Shown here one piece after another: positions 9,859 to 18,787 of a stretch of DNA of 64,000 nt. This DNA is from Dehalococcoidia bacterium UBA2160. Lineage in GTDB: Bacteria > Chloroflexota > Dehalococcoidia > Lucifugimonadales > UBA1123. The stretch covers positions 8,458 through 72,457 of the forward strand of contig DCWO01000072.1 of NCBI GenBank assembly GCA_002328865.1, written 5' to 3'. Position numbers and translations under genes: made by a program. Numbering within the stretch: position 1 is the stretch's first letter; each line of letters starts with the position of its first letter. The notes below the pieces were generated by a model, which was not told where the DNA came from, ran no database searches, and saw only the letters and a list, made by a program, of their open reading frames with translations.

Positions 9859-9883
9859 CCATATCCCACATGGAGGCACTCAA

Positions 9884-11035
9884 ATGCAGGTAACGGACGT
9901 CAAACACTTCCTCACCCACCCAGGCAGGGGCAAGAACCTTTGTTTCGTGAAGGTCGAAACCGATGAAGGGATTCACGGGTGGGGCGAGTCGTACACGCAG
10001 GCAGACCGCGATCTACAGGTCGTCGCGCATATCGACCAGCTCAAACGCTACCTGATCGGGCGCGATCCCCGGAACATCAAACACTTCATGCAGATGGTGT
10101 ATGACGACTTCGCCGGACGTCGCGGCGCCATGGACCTCTGGTGCGCCGTGAGCGGCATCGAACACGCCATGTGGGACATCACGGCCAAAAAAGCAGGCAT
10201 GCCGGTGCATATGCTGCTCGGCGGCGCCTGCCGGAGCAAGATCAGGGTGTACGCCAACGGATGGGGCGGAGGAAGCCAGGGGCCCGAGGCGCTGGCCGAA
10301 AAAGCCCAGCAGGTGGTCGAGATGGGCTTCACGGCGATGAAATTCGACCCGATTCCCGGACCGTGGCGCACCTACGTGAGCAAGGACGTCGAAGACGCGG
10401 CCATCGAAAACGTCAGGGCGGTCCGCGAGGCCGTCGGGTGGGATGTCGATCTCTTGATCGAGATGCACCGCAGACTCGCGCCGATGCACGCTCGCCGGAT
10501 CGGGCGCGAAATCGAACGATATCGTCCGTTCTGGTACGAAGAGCCGATCTTGGCCGAAAACGTCGATGCGCTGGCGGCGGTCAAACGCGACATCAACCTG
10601 CCGGTGGTCACGGGCGAGGAGCTGTACACCAAGTTCGAGTTCCGAGAGATCTTCGAGAAACAGGCGGCGGACATCATCAATCCCGATGTCTGCAACGTCG
10701 GCGGAATCCTCGAATTGAAGGAGATCGCCGCCATGGCGGAGCCGTACTTCGTCGTGGTCTCGCCTCACAACTTCAACAGCACAACCGTCGGGTTGGCTGC
10801 CACGATGCAGGTGTCGGCCGCAATCCCGAATTTCCTGATCACAGAATACTTCGTCAATCTCGAGGAGTTCGGAGAGGACATCGCGATCAACCCGTTCAAA
10901 GTCGAAGACGGGTATATCGACGTGCCCGACCAACCCGGCATCGGAATCGAGCTCGACGAGGACAAGCTCGCGGCGTACCCGTACCGTCCGTTCGACGCAC
11001 GCTCACCGAGGCAGTATCACGAAGAAGGTCCATAA
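9884..11035 (+). CDS. Enolase-superfamily enzyme (mandelate racemase/muconate lactonizing family; sugar-acid dehydratase-like)
   Basis: 383 aa with RBS ggagg. Motifs GWGES, KFDP, DLLIEMH, FWYEEP, GEEL of MR/MLE-type dehydratases. Confidence 0.9.
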   Translation: MQVTDVKHFLTHPGRGKNLCFVKVETDEGIHGWGESYTQADRDLQVVAHIDQLKRYLIGRDPRNIKHFMQMVYDDFAGRRGAMDLWCAVSGIEHAMWDITAKKAGMPVHMLLGGACRSKIRVYANGWGGGSQGPEALAEKAQQVVEMGFTAMKFDPIPGPWRTYVSKDVEDAAIENVRAVREAVGWDVDLLIEMHRRLAPMHARRIGREIERYRPFWYEEPILAENVDALAAVKRDINLPVVTGEELYTKFEFREIFEKQAADIINPDVCNVGGILELKEIAAMAEPYFVVVSPHNFNSTTVGLAATMQVSAAIPNFLITEYFVNLEEFGEDIAINPFKVEDGYIDVPDQPGIGIELDEDKLAAYPYRPFDARSPRQYHEEGP

Positions 11036-11088
11036 CCGTTTACCGTAGGCCTGGATTCGCGGGACGGCAAACAGCAGGAGGATTAGAC

Positions 11089-11301
11089 ATGTCAGATCCA
11101 ACCGAGTTGCCGATGGAGGAGTTCGGAGTGCTTTGCGCCCGAGCGGGATTCGTCTTGACCGATGAGGAGGCGCGAGACCTGAAAGGCATGTGGGAGCGAG
11201 TGCTGCCGGACTTGGCCGCGCTCCACGCTGTCGATCTGGGCGAAGGGGATCTGGCCGTCTCGTTCGAGCCAAGCTGGGACCCCGATACGGAGGCGCTGTG
11301 A
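11089..11301 (+). CDS. Small GatC-like / AtzG-like (DUF4089-type) amidase partner protein
   Basis: 70-aa ORF hidden in the tail of the spurious 10141..11301 ORF. RBS aggagga lies 7-8 nt upstream of ATG 11089. The stop TGA (11299-11301) overlaps the amidase ATG (11301). The sequence ...LTDEEARDLKGMWERVLPDLAALHAVDLGEGDLAVSFEP follows the GatC pattern. Confidence 0.6.
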   Translation: MSDPTELPMEEFGVLCARAGFVLTDEEARDLKGMWERVLPDLAALHAVDLGEGDLAVSFEPSWDPDTEAL

Positions 11302-12710
11302 TGGTGGATGCGACCGATCTGTGCTATCTGAGCATCGGCGAAGCCGCCGAACTGTTGCGCGAGGGCGAGCTCTCGCCCGTGGAGCTGACGCGAGCGTTCC
11401 TGGACCGCATCGAGCATCTTGATGCGACCCTCCAGGCCTACATCACATTGATGCCAGAGAGAGCGATGAGCGACGCCCGTAAAGCCGAGGCTGAAATACT
11501 GCGCGGAGACTACCGGGGTCCGCTCCATGGCATTCCGATAGCTCTCAAAGACTTGTACGACACCAAAGGCGTCCGCACCACCGGCAGTTCCAAGGTGCTG
11601 GCGGATCGTGTGCCGGATGTGGACGCCACCACGACCAGCAGGCTGGCCGCGGCGGGAACGGTGCTGCTCGGAAAGCTAGCGATGCACGAGTTCGCCCTGG
11701 GCGGCCCCGACCCCAGCAACGGATTCCCGATGGCTCGCAATCCCTGGAACCTCGACTACATCCCCGGCGGCTCAAGCTCGGGCTCGGGCGCCTCAGTCGC
11801 CGCGGGGCTCGCGATGGGCACGCTCGGGTCCTGCACCGGCGGCTCGATACGCGGGCCGGCTTCGCACTGCAGCGTCGTCGGGATCAAGGCGACGTACGGA
11901 CGCGTGAGCAGGTTCGGGGTGCTGCCTTTGAGCTGGACGCTGGACCACGCCGGCCCATTGACCTGGACGGTCGAGGACGCCGCGCTGATGCTTCAGGCGA
12001 TTGCCGGGTACGATCCTCTGGACCCGACAAGCAGCCGGGCGCCTGTTTCCGATTACTCGGAATCGCTAGTCGAAGACATTGCAGGCATGACCGTCGGAGT
12101 GCCGCGGCACTTCTTCTTCGCCGCCGACGAGTCCATCGACAACGACGTCCTGGCCACTGTGGAGGCGGCGCTTGGGACGCTCGAAGAGCTCGGCGCAGTG
12201 CTGGTTGATGTCGAAATCCCCATGCTTGCGCACGCGGGCGCCGCGCAACAGACGATCATGTTGAGTGAGGCGTTTGCCTATCACAGGACGAACCTGCTCG
12301 CACGGCCCGAGGAATTCGGAGACATGGTGCGGGCCCGGTTCCGGATGGGCGGCCTGTACAGCGGAGCAGACTATGTGCAAGCGCAACGAGTACGCAAGGC
12401 GCTCAAGAGCGAATTCGCCCCGGTGCTGCAGAACGTCGACGTAATCGCCTCGCCGACGATGTCCAACCCGCCGACACGGTTCGACGGGACCAGCACGTGG
12501 ACCACGACTCGCACACCCAGCTTTACCGGTCCCTACAATCTTACGGGGATGCCGGCCATATCGGTCCCGTGCGGTTTCACCCCGGCGGGCCTGCCGGTCG
12601 GCCTGCAGATCGCGGGCAAGCCTTTCGACGAACCGTCGGTGTTCCGAGCAGCGTACACGTACGAACAGAGCGCACGGCTCTTTGAACGCCGGCCCGCGGG
12701 TTTGGACTGA
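11301..12710 (+). CDS. Amidase-signature family amidase (GatA/AtzE-like)
   Basis: Amidase signature GGSSSGSGASVAAGL and the KD...T..GS motif. Start placed at MVDATDLCYLSIGEAAELL (typical N-terminus) rather than track start 11190. Confidence 0.9.
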   Translation: MVDATDLCYLSIGEAAELLREGELSPVELTRAFLDRIEHLDATLQAYITLMPERAMSDARKAEAEILRGDYRGPLHGIPIALKDLYDTKGVRTTGSSKVLADRVPDVDATTTSRLAAAGTVLLGKLAMHEFALGGPDPSNGFPMARNPWNLDYIPGGSSSGSGASVAAGLAMGTLGSCTGGSIRGPASHCSVVGIKATYGRVSRFGVLPLSWTLDHAGPLTWTVEDAALMLQAIAGYDPLDPTSSRAPVSDYSESLVEDIAGMTVGVPRHFFFAADESIDNDVLATVEAALGTLEELGAVLVDVEIPMLAHAGAAQQTIMLSEAFAYHRTNLLARPEEFGDMVRARFRMGGLYSGADYVQAQRVRKALKSEFAPVLQNVDVIASPTMSNPPTRFDGTSTWTTTRTPSFTGPYNLTGMPAISVPCGFTPAGLPVGLQIAGKPFDEPSVFRAAYTYEQSARLFERRPAGLD

Positions 12711-12754
12711 GCTAGTCGCGTCTGCCCACCTGACTTGACCCATAGCACGAGAGG

Positions 12755-13312
12755 ATGCACGAACCTATGGCTGATCAATACAGGCGCGTCGTCACCGGAT
12801 TCGACGAAAACGGCCGGTCGATCGTCGCGATTGACGGTCCGCCCGGACCCGAGGACGCCCGAGGAACGCTGCTCGAGATGTGGGCCACGGATTCGACGCC
12901 CGCTGACAACTCGATCCCGGGCGACGCCGCAGATCGTCCGGTTCGTCTGGAGCCGTCGGCGGAAGGATCGAAGTTCCGATTCTTCCGAGTGGCGCCGGAG
13001 AGCACGCTGCCGTCCTTCGAAGAGCGCAACGCCCAGCAGGCGGCCAGGTTGGACACGATGAACGAAGACGACCGCGCGGACGCCGTCCGCATTCGTCGCG
13101 ACACCACTCGGCATCCCGGCATGCACGAGACGCTGACCGTGGACTACATCATTCTTCTGAGCGGAGAGGTGACGATGCTCCTTGACGAAGATCAGGTCGA
13201 TCTCAAGCCGTTCGACGTCGTCGTCCAGCGTGGCACGAACCACGCCTGGGTCAACCACGGAACGGAAACAGCCGTCCTTGCCGCGGTCCTGATCGACGCG
13301 GATCCGCTGTAA
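12755..13312 (+). CDS. Cupin domain protein
   Basis: 185 aa. The C-terminal block HETLTVDYIILLSGEVTMLLDEDQVDLKPFDVVVQRGTNHAW is cupin-like. The start is uncertain (12755 or 12767). Confidence 0.7.
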   Translation: MHEPMADQYRRVVTGFDENGRSIVAIDGPPGPEDARGTLLEMWATDSTPADNSIPGDAADRPVRLEPSAEGSKFRFFRVAPESTLPSFEERNAQQAARLDTMNEDDRADAVRIRRDTTRHPGMHETLTVDYIILLSGEVTMLLDEDQVDLKPFDVVVQRGTNHAWVNHGTETAVLAAVLIDADPL

Positions 13313-13411
13313 CAACGGGGCAACCGCGCTTGCGGGTCCGGCGACGCACTTTTGTCCTTTCGATCCCTTTCGCACCGGTCGCCAACTGAGCATCATCCAA
13401 AGAGGAGAACC

Positions 13412-14362
13412 ATGAAACAACGCACATTCGGAAACTCAGATCTGACCACGTCGATAATCGGTTTCGGCGGATGGCCCATGGGCCGCGGTCACTACGGCTC
13501 GTTCGACGAGGACGAGGTGATTCGAGCGATCCACGCAGCCATCGACATGGGCGTCACGCTGTTTGACACCGCCGCGGTTTACGGCTGGGGCGAGGGCGAG
13601 AAGCTGCTTGGCCGAGCTCTGAAAGGCAAACGCGACCAGGTGGCGCTGGTCAGCAAAGGAGGCCTCGATTGGGAAGACTCGGGCGCAGCGTCCGGGCGGA
13701 ACAGCTCGCGGGAGCACTTGACCAGCGGCCTGGAAGAGAGCCTCCGCAATCTGCAGACAGACTACCTCGACCTGTACCTGATCCACTGGCCGGACGAATC
13801 ACGGCCGTTCTCCGAGCCGATGGAGACGTTCACCGATTTCCAGCGCGACGGCAAAATCCGTCACGGCGGCGTCAGCAACTTCAGCCCCGAGCAGATGCGC
13901 GACGCCCTCGACACGTTCCCGATCGTCACCAACCAGGTAGGCTACCACCTCTTCGATTTCCGGACCGAAGCAGAGATCATGCCTTTCTGTCGTGAGAACG
14001 GACTCGGCATCATGGCGTACGGACCGCTGGCCCACGGTCTCCTTACCGGAGCGATGACTCCGGAAACCACCTTCGAGGATGACGACTGGCGTCGGAGCCT
14101 GAGGGCTTTCGGTCAGCCGATCTTCGAAGGAGAAACGTTCCTCGAGAATCTACGCAAGGTGGACACGCTCAAGGAACTGGCCGCGTCCAAGGGCATGACC
14201 GTGGCCCAGCTCGCGCTCTCCTGGGTGATCGCCGAGGAAGTCGTGAGCGTAGCGCTGGTCGGGACCCGGAAGCCGGAAGAGATCGAGCAGAACGTCAAAG
14301 CCGCCGAATGGGAGATGTCACCGGCGGAACGCGATGAGATCAGAGCGATTGTGACAAGGTAG
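13412..14362 (+). CDS. Aldo/keto reductase
   Basis: MKQRTFGNSDL..IGFGGW, LFDTAAVYG, DLYLIHWPD. RBS agaggag before ATG 13412. Confidence 0.9.
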   Translation: MKQRTFGNSDLTTSIIGFGGWPMGRGHYGSFDEDEVIRAIHAAIDMGVTLFDTAAVYGWGEGEKLLGRALKGKRDQVALVSKGGLDWEDSGAASGRNSSREHLTSGLEESLRNLQTDYLDLYLIHWPDESRPFSEPMETFTDFQRDGKIRHGGVSNFSPEQMRDALDTFPIVTNQVGYHLFDFRTEAEIMPFCRENGLGIMAYGPLAHGLLTGAMTPETTFEDDDWRRSLRAFGQPIFEGETFLENLRKVDTLKELAASKGMTVAQLALSWVIAEEVVSVALVGTRKPEEIEQNVKAAEWEMSPAERDEIRAIVTR

Positions 14363-14419
14363 ACGTTCGGAGCCGATTACGAGCAACAGCAACCAGTTTT
14401 CGCGGGAGGGCGCTGAATT

Positions 14420-15265
14420 ATGGCGAGGCGTATGGATGGCAAGGTTGCAGTCGTGACCGGCGGGACGAGCGGCATCGGCGCACGGACGGCGGTGGTGTTC
14501 GTCGAGCACGGCGCCAACGTGGTCATCGCGGGACGCTCGGTCGACAAGGGCGAGGCGTTGGCGGACCGCTTGGGCGAAAACGCGATCTTCGTCCGCACTG
14601 ACGTCACGGTCGAGGCCGACGTCAAGGCGATGATCGACAGCGCAGTCGGGCGCTTCGGACGGATCGACTGCCTGTTCAACAACGCCGGTTCAGGCGGACC
14701 GGGCGGCAGAATCGAAGACGTGACGTTGGCGGATTTCGAGGCGGGATTCTCGGTGCTCGTCGGAGGCGTTTTCCTCGGCATCAAGTACGCCGCTCCCGTG
14801 ATGAAGAAGCAACGGAGCGGAAGCATCATCAACGATTCGAGCATTGCCGGGTCGCGGGTCGGTTTCGGCGGCACGACGTACAGCGCCGCCAAAGCAGCCG
14901 TGAACCAGCTCACGAAGTGTGTCGCCATGGAACTGGCGTCGTTCGGCATCCGCGTCAACAGCATCTCTCCAGGCGCCATCGCCACGCCCATATTCGCGAG
15001 CGCGTTCGGAATGGACGCCGCCGCCGCGGACGCCTCGGTGGACGCCGTAATCAAACACTTCGACAAATCGTTGCCGCTCAAACGGTCCGGATTAACCGAC
15101 GACATCGCGTATGGGGCGTTGTACCTGGCAAGCGACGAAGGCAGTTTTGTCACCGGCCACGACCTGGTCATCGACTCGGGCATCTCCGTTGGGAGGACAC
15201 GGCAGGAGCAGGCAGAACTGTTCCAGGGGATCGCAGACGCTATCAGAGACGGAACCAGCGCTTAG
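14420..15265 (+). CDS. SDR family oxidoreductase
   Basis: GKVAVVTGGTSGIG, NNAG, YSAAK motifs. Confidence 0.9.
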   Translation: MARRMDGKVAVVTGGTSGIGARTAVVFVEHGANVVIAGRSVDKGEALADRLGENAIFVRTDVTVEADVKAMIDSAVGRFGRIDCLFNNAGSGGPGGRIEDVTLADFEAGFSVLVGGVFLGIKYAAPVMKKQRSGSIINDSSIAGSRVGFGGTTYSAAKAAVNQLTKCVAMELASFGIRVNSISPGAIATPIFASAFGMDAAAADASVDAVIKHFDKSLPLKRSGLTDDIAYGALYLASDEGSFVTGHDLVIDSGISVGRTRQEQAELFQGIADAIRDGTSA

Positions 15266-15501
15266 TTATCGACTGTGGGCGCCTCACCATGTTCCTGAGA
15301 GCCCTTCACTTGCGGAGCGGATTATCGCCCCGGAAGGGACAGCAGGGACTCAAGGGAGCGTCTACGACGATTTGAGTCGGTGGTAGAGTCGAATGGAAAT
15401 CCGATTATGCACAACCGCCGACAGAATAGCGATCACACCTGCTTCACCATCTCGTACGATGGCTCTTCGACCGGCAGCCGATCGCCGTTGTCAGTAATAC
15501 G

Positions 15502-15930
15502 TTACCAACGATCCACGATCAATTCCGGTTCCTTCTCGTAACCCAGCCGTTCGTACAGGCGAATCGCGTTGATATTGTCCACGGCGACTTCCAGATGGAC
15601 TGCCGCCAGGTTTCGGCGCCGTGCTTGATCTTCGACGGCTGCCACCAGCGCCGTGCCGATGCCGAGTCGACGATACGACTGTCCGACGTCGAGGGCAAAG
15701 CACCGCAGCGAACCTGGTCGCTCGCGACGGGCGCCGCCGATGCTCACGGACCCGACCGGATGCCCGTCGATCTCCGCTACGAGCAGGACACGATGGCCGT
15801 CGAGGTGCTCCTGCCACCGATTGGCGATCTGCCAGTGACTCACTTCAGGCTCGAGCGCGGACGCCAACTGAGCGGCATCGCCGGCTTTCGCTTCTCGTAT
15901 CAGGAGATTGGAGTGTTTCGCGTCAGTCAC
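15502..15930 (-). CDS. GNAT family N-acetyltransferase
   Basis: 142 aa. The acetyl-CoA motif RRLGIGTALV and ...NINAIRLYERLGY are typical of GNAT. Confidence 0.85.
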   Translation of the reverse strand: MTDAKHSNLLIREAKAGDAAQLASALEPEVSHWQIANRWQEHLDGHRVLLVAEIDGHPVGSVSIGGARRERPGSLRCFALDVGQSYRRLGIGTALVAAVEDQARRRNLAAVHLEVAVDNINAIRLYERLGYEKEPELIVDRW

Positions 15931-16057
15931 AGTATCGGCCTATTGGTAGAGTTCACGGTTGGTTCCGCAAACCTGATCGATTGCACAGATACAACATTGC
16001 TAAGGGGAAACGGCGCGGCCTGGCGTCGTCGGCACGCTTGCCTTGTACGCACCGGCT

Positions 16058-17764
16058 TCAACCGCCGGTGAAGTCCGAGCGGAGAAAGTCGAAGTCGCAT
16101 CCCTGATCGGCCTGCTGCGCGTGTTGAGCGTACATCCATCCGTAGCCGCGGTTGTAGCGTGGGGCGACCGGCGGCGTGCCGACCAAACGGCTTCGGATCT
16201 CTCGTTCCTCGACCAGCAGATCGAGTTTCCGGTTCGGGACGTCGAGCAGGATCTGGTCGCCGGTGCGGACGGCTGCCAACGGACCGCCTGCCGCCGATTC
16301 CGGGGTGACGTGCACGACCACGGTGCCGAAAGCCGTTCCACTCATGCGCGCGTCGCTGAGACGGACCATGTCCCGGACGCCGGTGGCGAGAATCTTCTTC
16401 GGGAGCGGCAAGAAGCCCCACTCCGGCATCCCCGGCGCGCCGATTGGGCCTCCGTTGCGCATGACAAGCACGTCCTCGGGCCGCACGTCGAGGTCGGGGT
16501 CGTCGATGCGGGCCAGCAGATCGTCATGGTCTTCGAATACGAGAGCCCGTCCCTGGTGCGTCAGGAGGCTCTGAGACGCCGCCGTGGGTTTGATGATCGC
16601 TCCGGTGGGCGCGAGGTTGCCCCGGACAACGGCTAGCCCGCCTTCGGGGTCCATCGGGTTGTCCATGGAGCGGAGAAGCTCTGGTTTGTAGTTGACGGCG
16701 CCCTCGATGTTCTCGCCGAGCGTCCGTCCGGTCACGGTCGGAAGGCTGGTGTCGAGCAGCGGTTCGATCTCCTTCAGCAGTGCGGACAGTCCGCCGGCGT
16801 AGTAGAAATCCTCCATCAGAAACTCGCCCGAGGGCTTCAAGTTCAGGAGGAACGGCGTTGTCCGCGCGAGCTCGTCGAACAACGACAGAGGAAGATCGAC
16901 GCCCAACCTGCCCGCGATCGCCATCAGGTGGATGATCGCGTTGGTGGAGCCGCCGATGGCATGCAGCGTCCGGATCCCGTTCTCGAACGACTCGCGAGTC
17001 ATGATCCGCGACGGACGCATGTCGTCTTCGATCAGGCGAAGGATCTGACGGCCCGCCGACTCCGCAAGCCGCAGGCGGCGCGAGTCCACGGCGGGGATGG
17101 CCGCGTTGCCGGGCGGCGCGATGCCCATGGCCTCGACCACGGACGCCATGGTGGATGCAGTGCCCATGACCATGCAGTGGCCGGGGCTGCGGACGATGCA
17201 GGTCTGAAGCTCGGACCAGTCCTCCTCGGTGATTCGCCCGGCCCGGAGCTCGATTTCGTAGCGCCGGCAGTCGGTGCAGGAGCCAAGTTCCTCACCGCGC
17301 CAGTTGGCTTTGAGCTGCGGACCGCCGGTCACGAGTATGGCCGGTATGTCCGCGCTGGCTGCGCCCATCAGCAGGGCAGGGGTGGTCTTGTCGCAGCCGC
17401 CCAGGAGAATGACGCCGTCGAGCGGGTTGGCCCGGATGGACTCTTCGACGTCCATGCTCATCAGGTTGCGAAAGAGCATGGTCGTGGGCCGCATGTTGTA
17501 CTCGCCCAGCGACATCACCGGGAACTCCATCGGGAAGCCGCCGGCTTGCCACACCCCGCGCTTCACCGCCTCGGCAAGCCCCCGAAGGTGGGAGTTGCAA
17601 TGCGTGAGCTCACTCCAGGTGTTGCAGATGCCGATGACCGGTTTGCCCTCGAAAGCGTCGTGTGTGTGCCCTTCGGCCATGAACGCGGCGCGCCGAAGCC
17701 AGCCATACAACTCAGGCGTGTCGAACCACTCCCGGCTTCTGAGATTGTCGGTGCGTTGCTCCAT
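16058..17764 (-). CDS. IlvD/Edd family dehydratase (sugar-acid or dihydroxy-acid dehydratase)
   Basis: 568 aa with RBS aggag. PVIGICNTWSELTHCNSHL, GCDKTTPA, MGTASTM motifs. Confidence 0.9.
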   Translation of the reverse strand: MEQRTDNLRSREWFDTPELYGWLRRAAFMAEGHTHDAFEGKPVIGICNTWSELTHCNSHLRGLAEAVKRGVWQAGGFPMEFPVMSLGEYNMRPTTMLFRNLMSMDVEESIRANPLDGVILLGGCDKTTPALLMGAASADIPAILVTGGPQLKANWRGEELGSCTDCRRYEIELRAGRITEEDWSELQTCIVRSPGHCMVMGTASTMASVVEAMGIAPPGNAAIPAVDSRRLRLAESAGRQILRLIEDDMRPSRIMTRESFENGIRTLHAIGGSTNAIIHLMAIAGRLGVDLPLSLFDELARTTPFLLNLKPSGEFLMEDFYYAGGLSALLKEIEPLLDTSLPTVTGRTLGENIEGAVNYKPELLRSMDNPMDPEGGLAVVRGNLAPTGAIIKPTAASQSLLTHQGRALVFEDHDDLLARIDDPDLDVRPEDVLVMRNGGPIGAPGMPEWGFLPLPKKILATGVRDMVRLSDARMSGTAFGTVVVHVTPESAAGGPLAAVRTGDQILLDVPNRKLDLLVEEREIRSRLVGTPPVAPRYNRGYGWMYAQHAQQADQGCDFDFLRSDFTGG

Positions 17765-17947
17765 GTAACCGTGCTCCTGGCTTTCGTTGTCGCTAGTCGA
17801 CCAGCGACCATGATACTACGGTGTATGAAGTCGCGTTGAGAAGTTGTGGGCGTCGGACGGCTGTGATGTCGCAGGACAGTCGCCCGGTAGCGCTCCTCGG
17901 GACATCCCGCATCCAACGCCGCCAATCGGCGCCGTCCTGGCATTTGG

Positions 17948-18754
17948 TTAAGCCAAGAGCGTTTGCCAGAAAGCTCGCGCTGCATCAATGTTTGCGCGCG
18001 TCATGTCCGCAGGCGGCGACAACACAAACGCCGGCCGGTCACTCCAGTCTAATCCCACCGGTTCCACGGTCGCCTCAACGAGTCGCCGGTACAGCCGGAT
18101 TCGCTCGGGCCGGCTTGTCTCCCGGCAGCAGTCCATGAACAGGGCGAGGTAGTCAGAATCGTTGGCTTGCCAGTGGCGAACAGCGTCCTTTTCGCCCTTC
18201 CATGGCATGCCCCGTACCCAGAAATAGTCCACCATGAGATTTGCGAGCTGGTACAACATGCGCAGGTCGATAGCTTGTTGGTACACCTGGTCGGGAGAGT
18301 CCAGCATACGCTCCGTTTGCGCCAGATTGTACAGCGCCTTATCGGCGCGCGAATTCGATTCCCCGTCTCCGAAACTTGGCGGGCCAGCACCCTCGACAAC
18401 CTTGTCTCGAAGCGTCGCCAGGCAACCGCTCCTGTCCAGGACAATGGTTCCGGACGGCATCCAATTGCAGTAGATGGATCGGGGATCGGACCACGATAGG
18501 GCGCCTGGATCGACCTGGGCCTGAGCCACGATTTCCTGGCGTGTTGTAAACACGAGGTCCACCAGCACACCTTGGCAAAACACCGTCCCATTAGTGATCG
18601 TCAGCGGCCGATCCGCCAGTACGACGAGAAGATCACGGTCGCTGTACGGATTTTGCGTCGGTTTGCCAGTCGAACCCATCAGCATCAGCCCGTCAACCAG
18701 CGGGTTCGCCTTCAGTCGTTCGACCAGTATTTCGAATTCCAATTGCCGCCGCAC
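17948..18754 (-). CDS. Nucleotidyltransferase-domain protein (function unknown)
   Basis: 268 aa. N-terminal GLMLMGSTG....SDRDLLVVL resembles the pol-beta-type NTase G[SG]-x-D-x-D motif. The rest is helical and unassigned. Confidence 0.55.
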   Translation of the reverse strand: MRRQLEFEILVERLKANPLVDGLMLMGSTGKPTQNPYSDRDLLVVLADRPLTITNGTVFCQGVLVDLVFTTRQEIVAQAQVDPGALSWSDPRSIYCNWMPSGTIVLDRSGCLATLRDKVVEGAGPPSFGDGESNSRADKALYNLAQTERMLDSPDQVYQQAIDLRMLYQLANLMVDYFWVRGMPWKGEKDAVRHWQANDSDYLALFMDCCRETSRPERIRLYRRLVEATVEPVGLDWSDRPAFVLSPPADMTRANIDAARAFWQTLLA

Positions 18755-18787
18755 CTCACCGGTATTCCCGGACCTAGCAGGCGAAAG

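Noticed and set aside
10141-11088. Long 386-aa ORF overlapping the enolase-family gene in another frame
   Set aside because: It has Arg/Gly/His-rich nonsense composition over the region where the +1 neighbour frame encodes a bona fide MR/MLE enzyme. Only its last 70 codons (11089..11301) look like a real gene.
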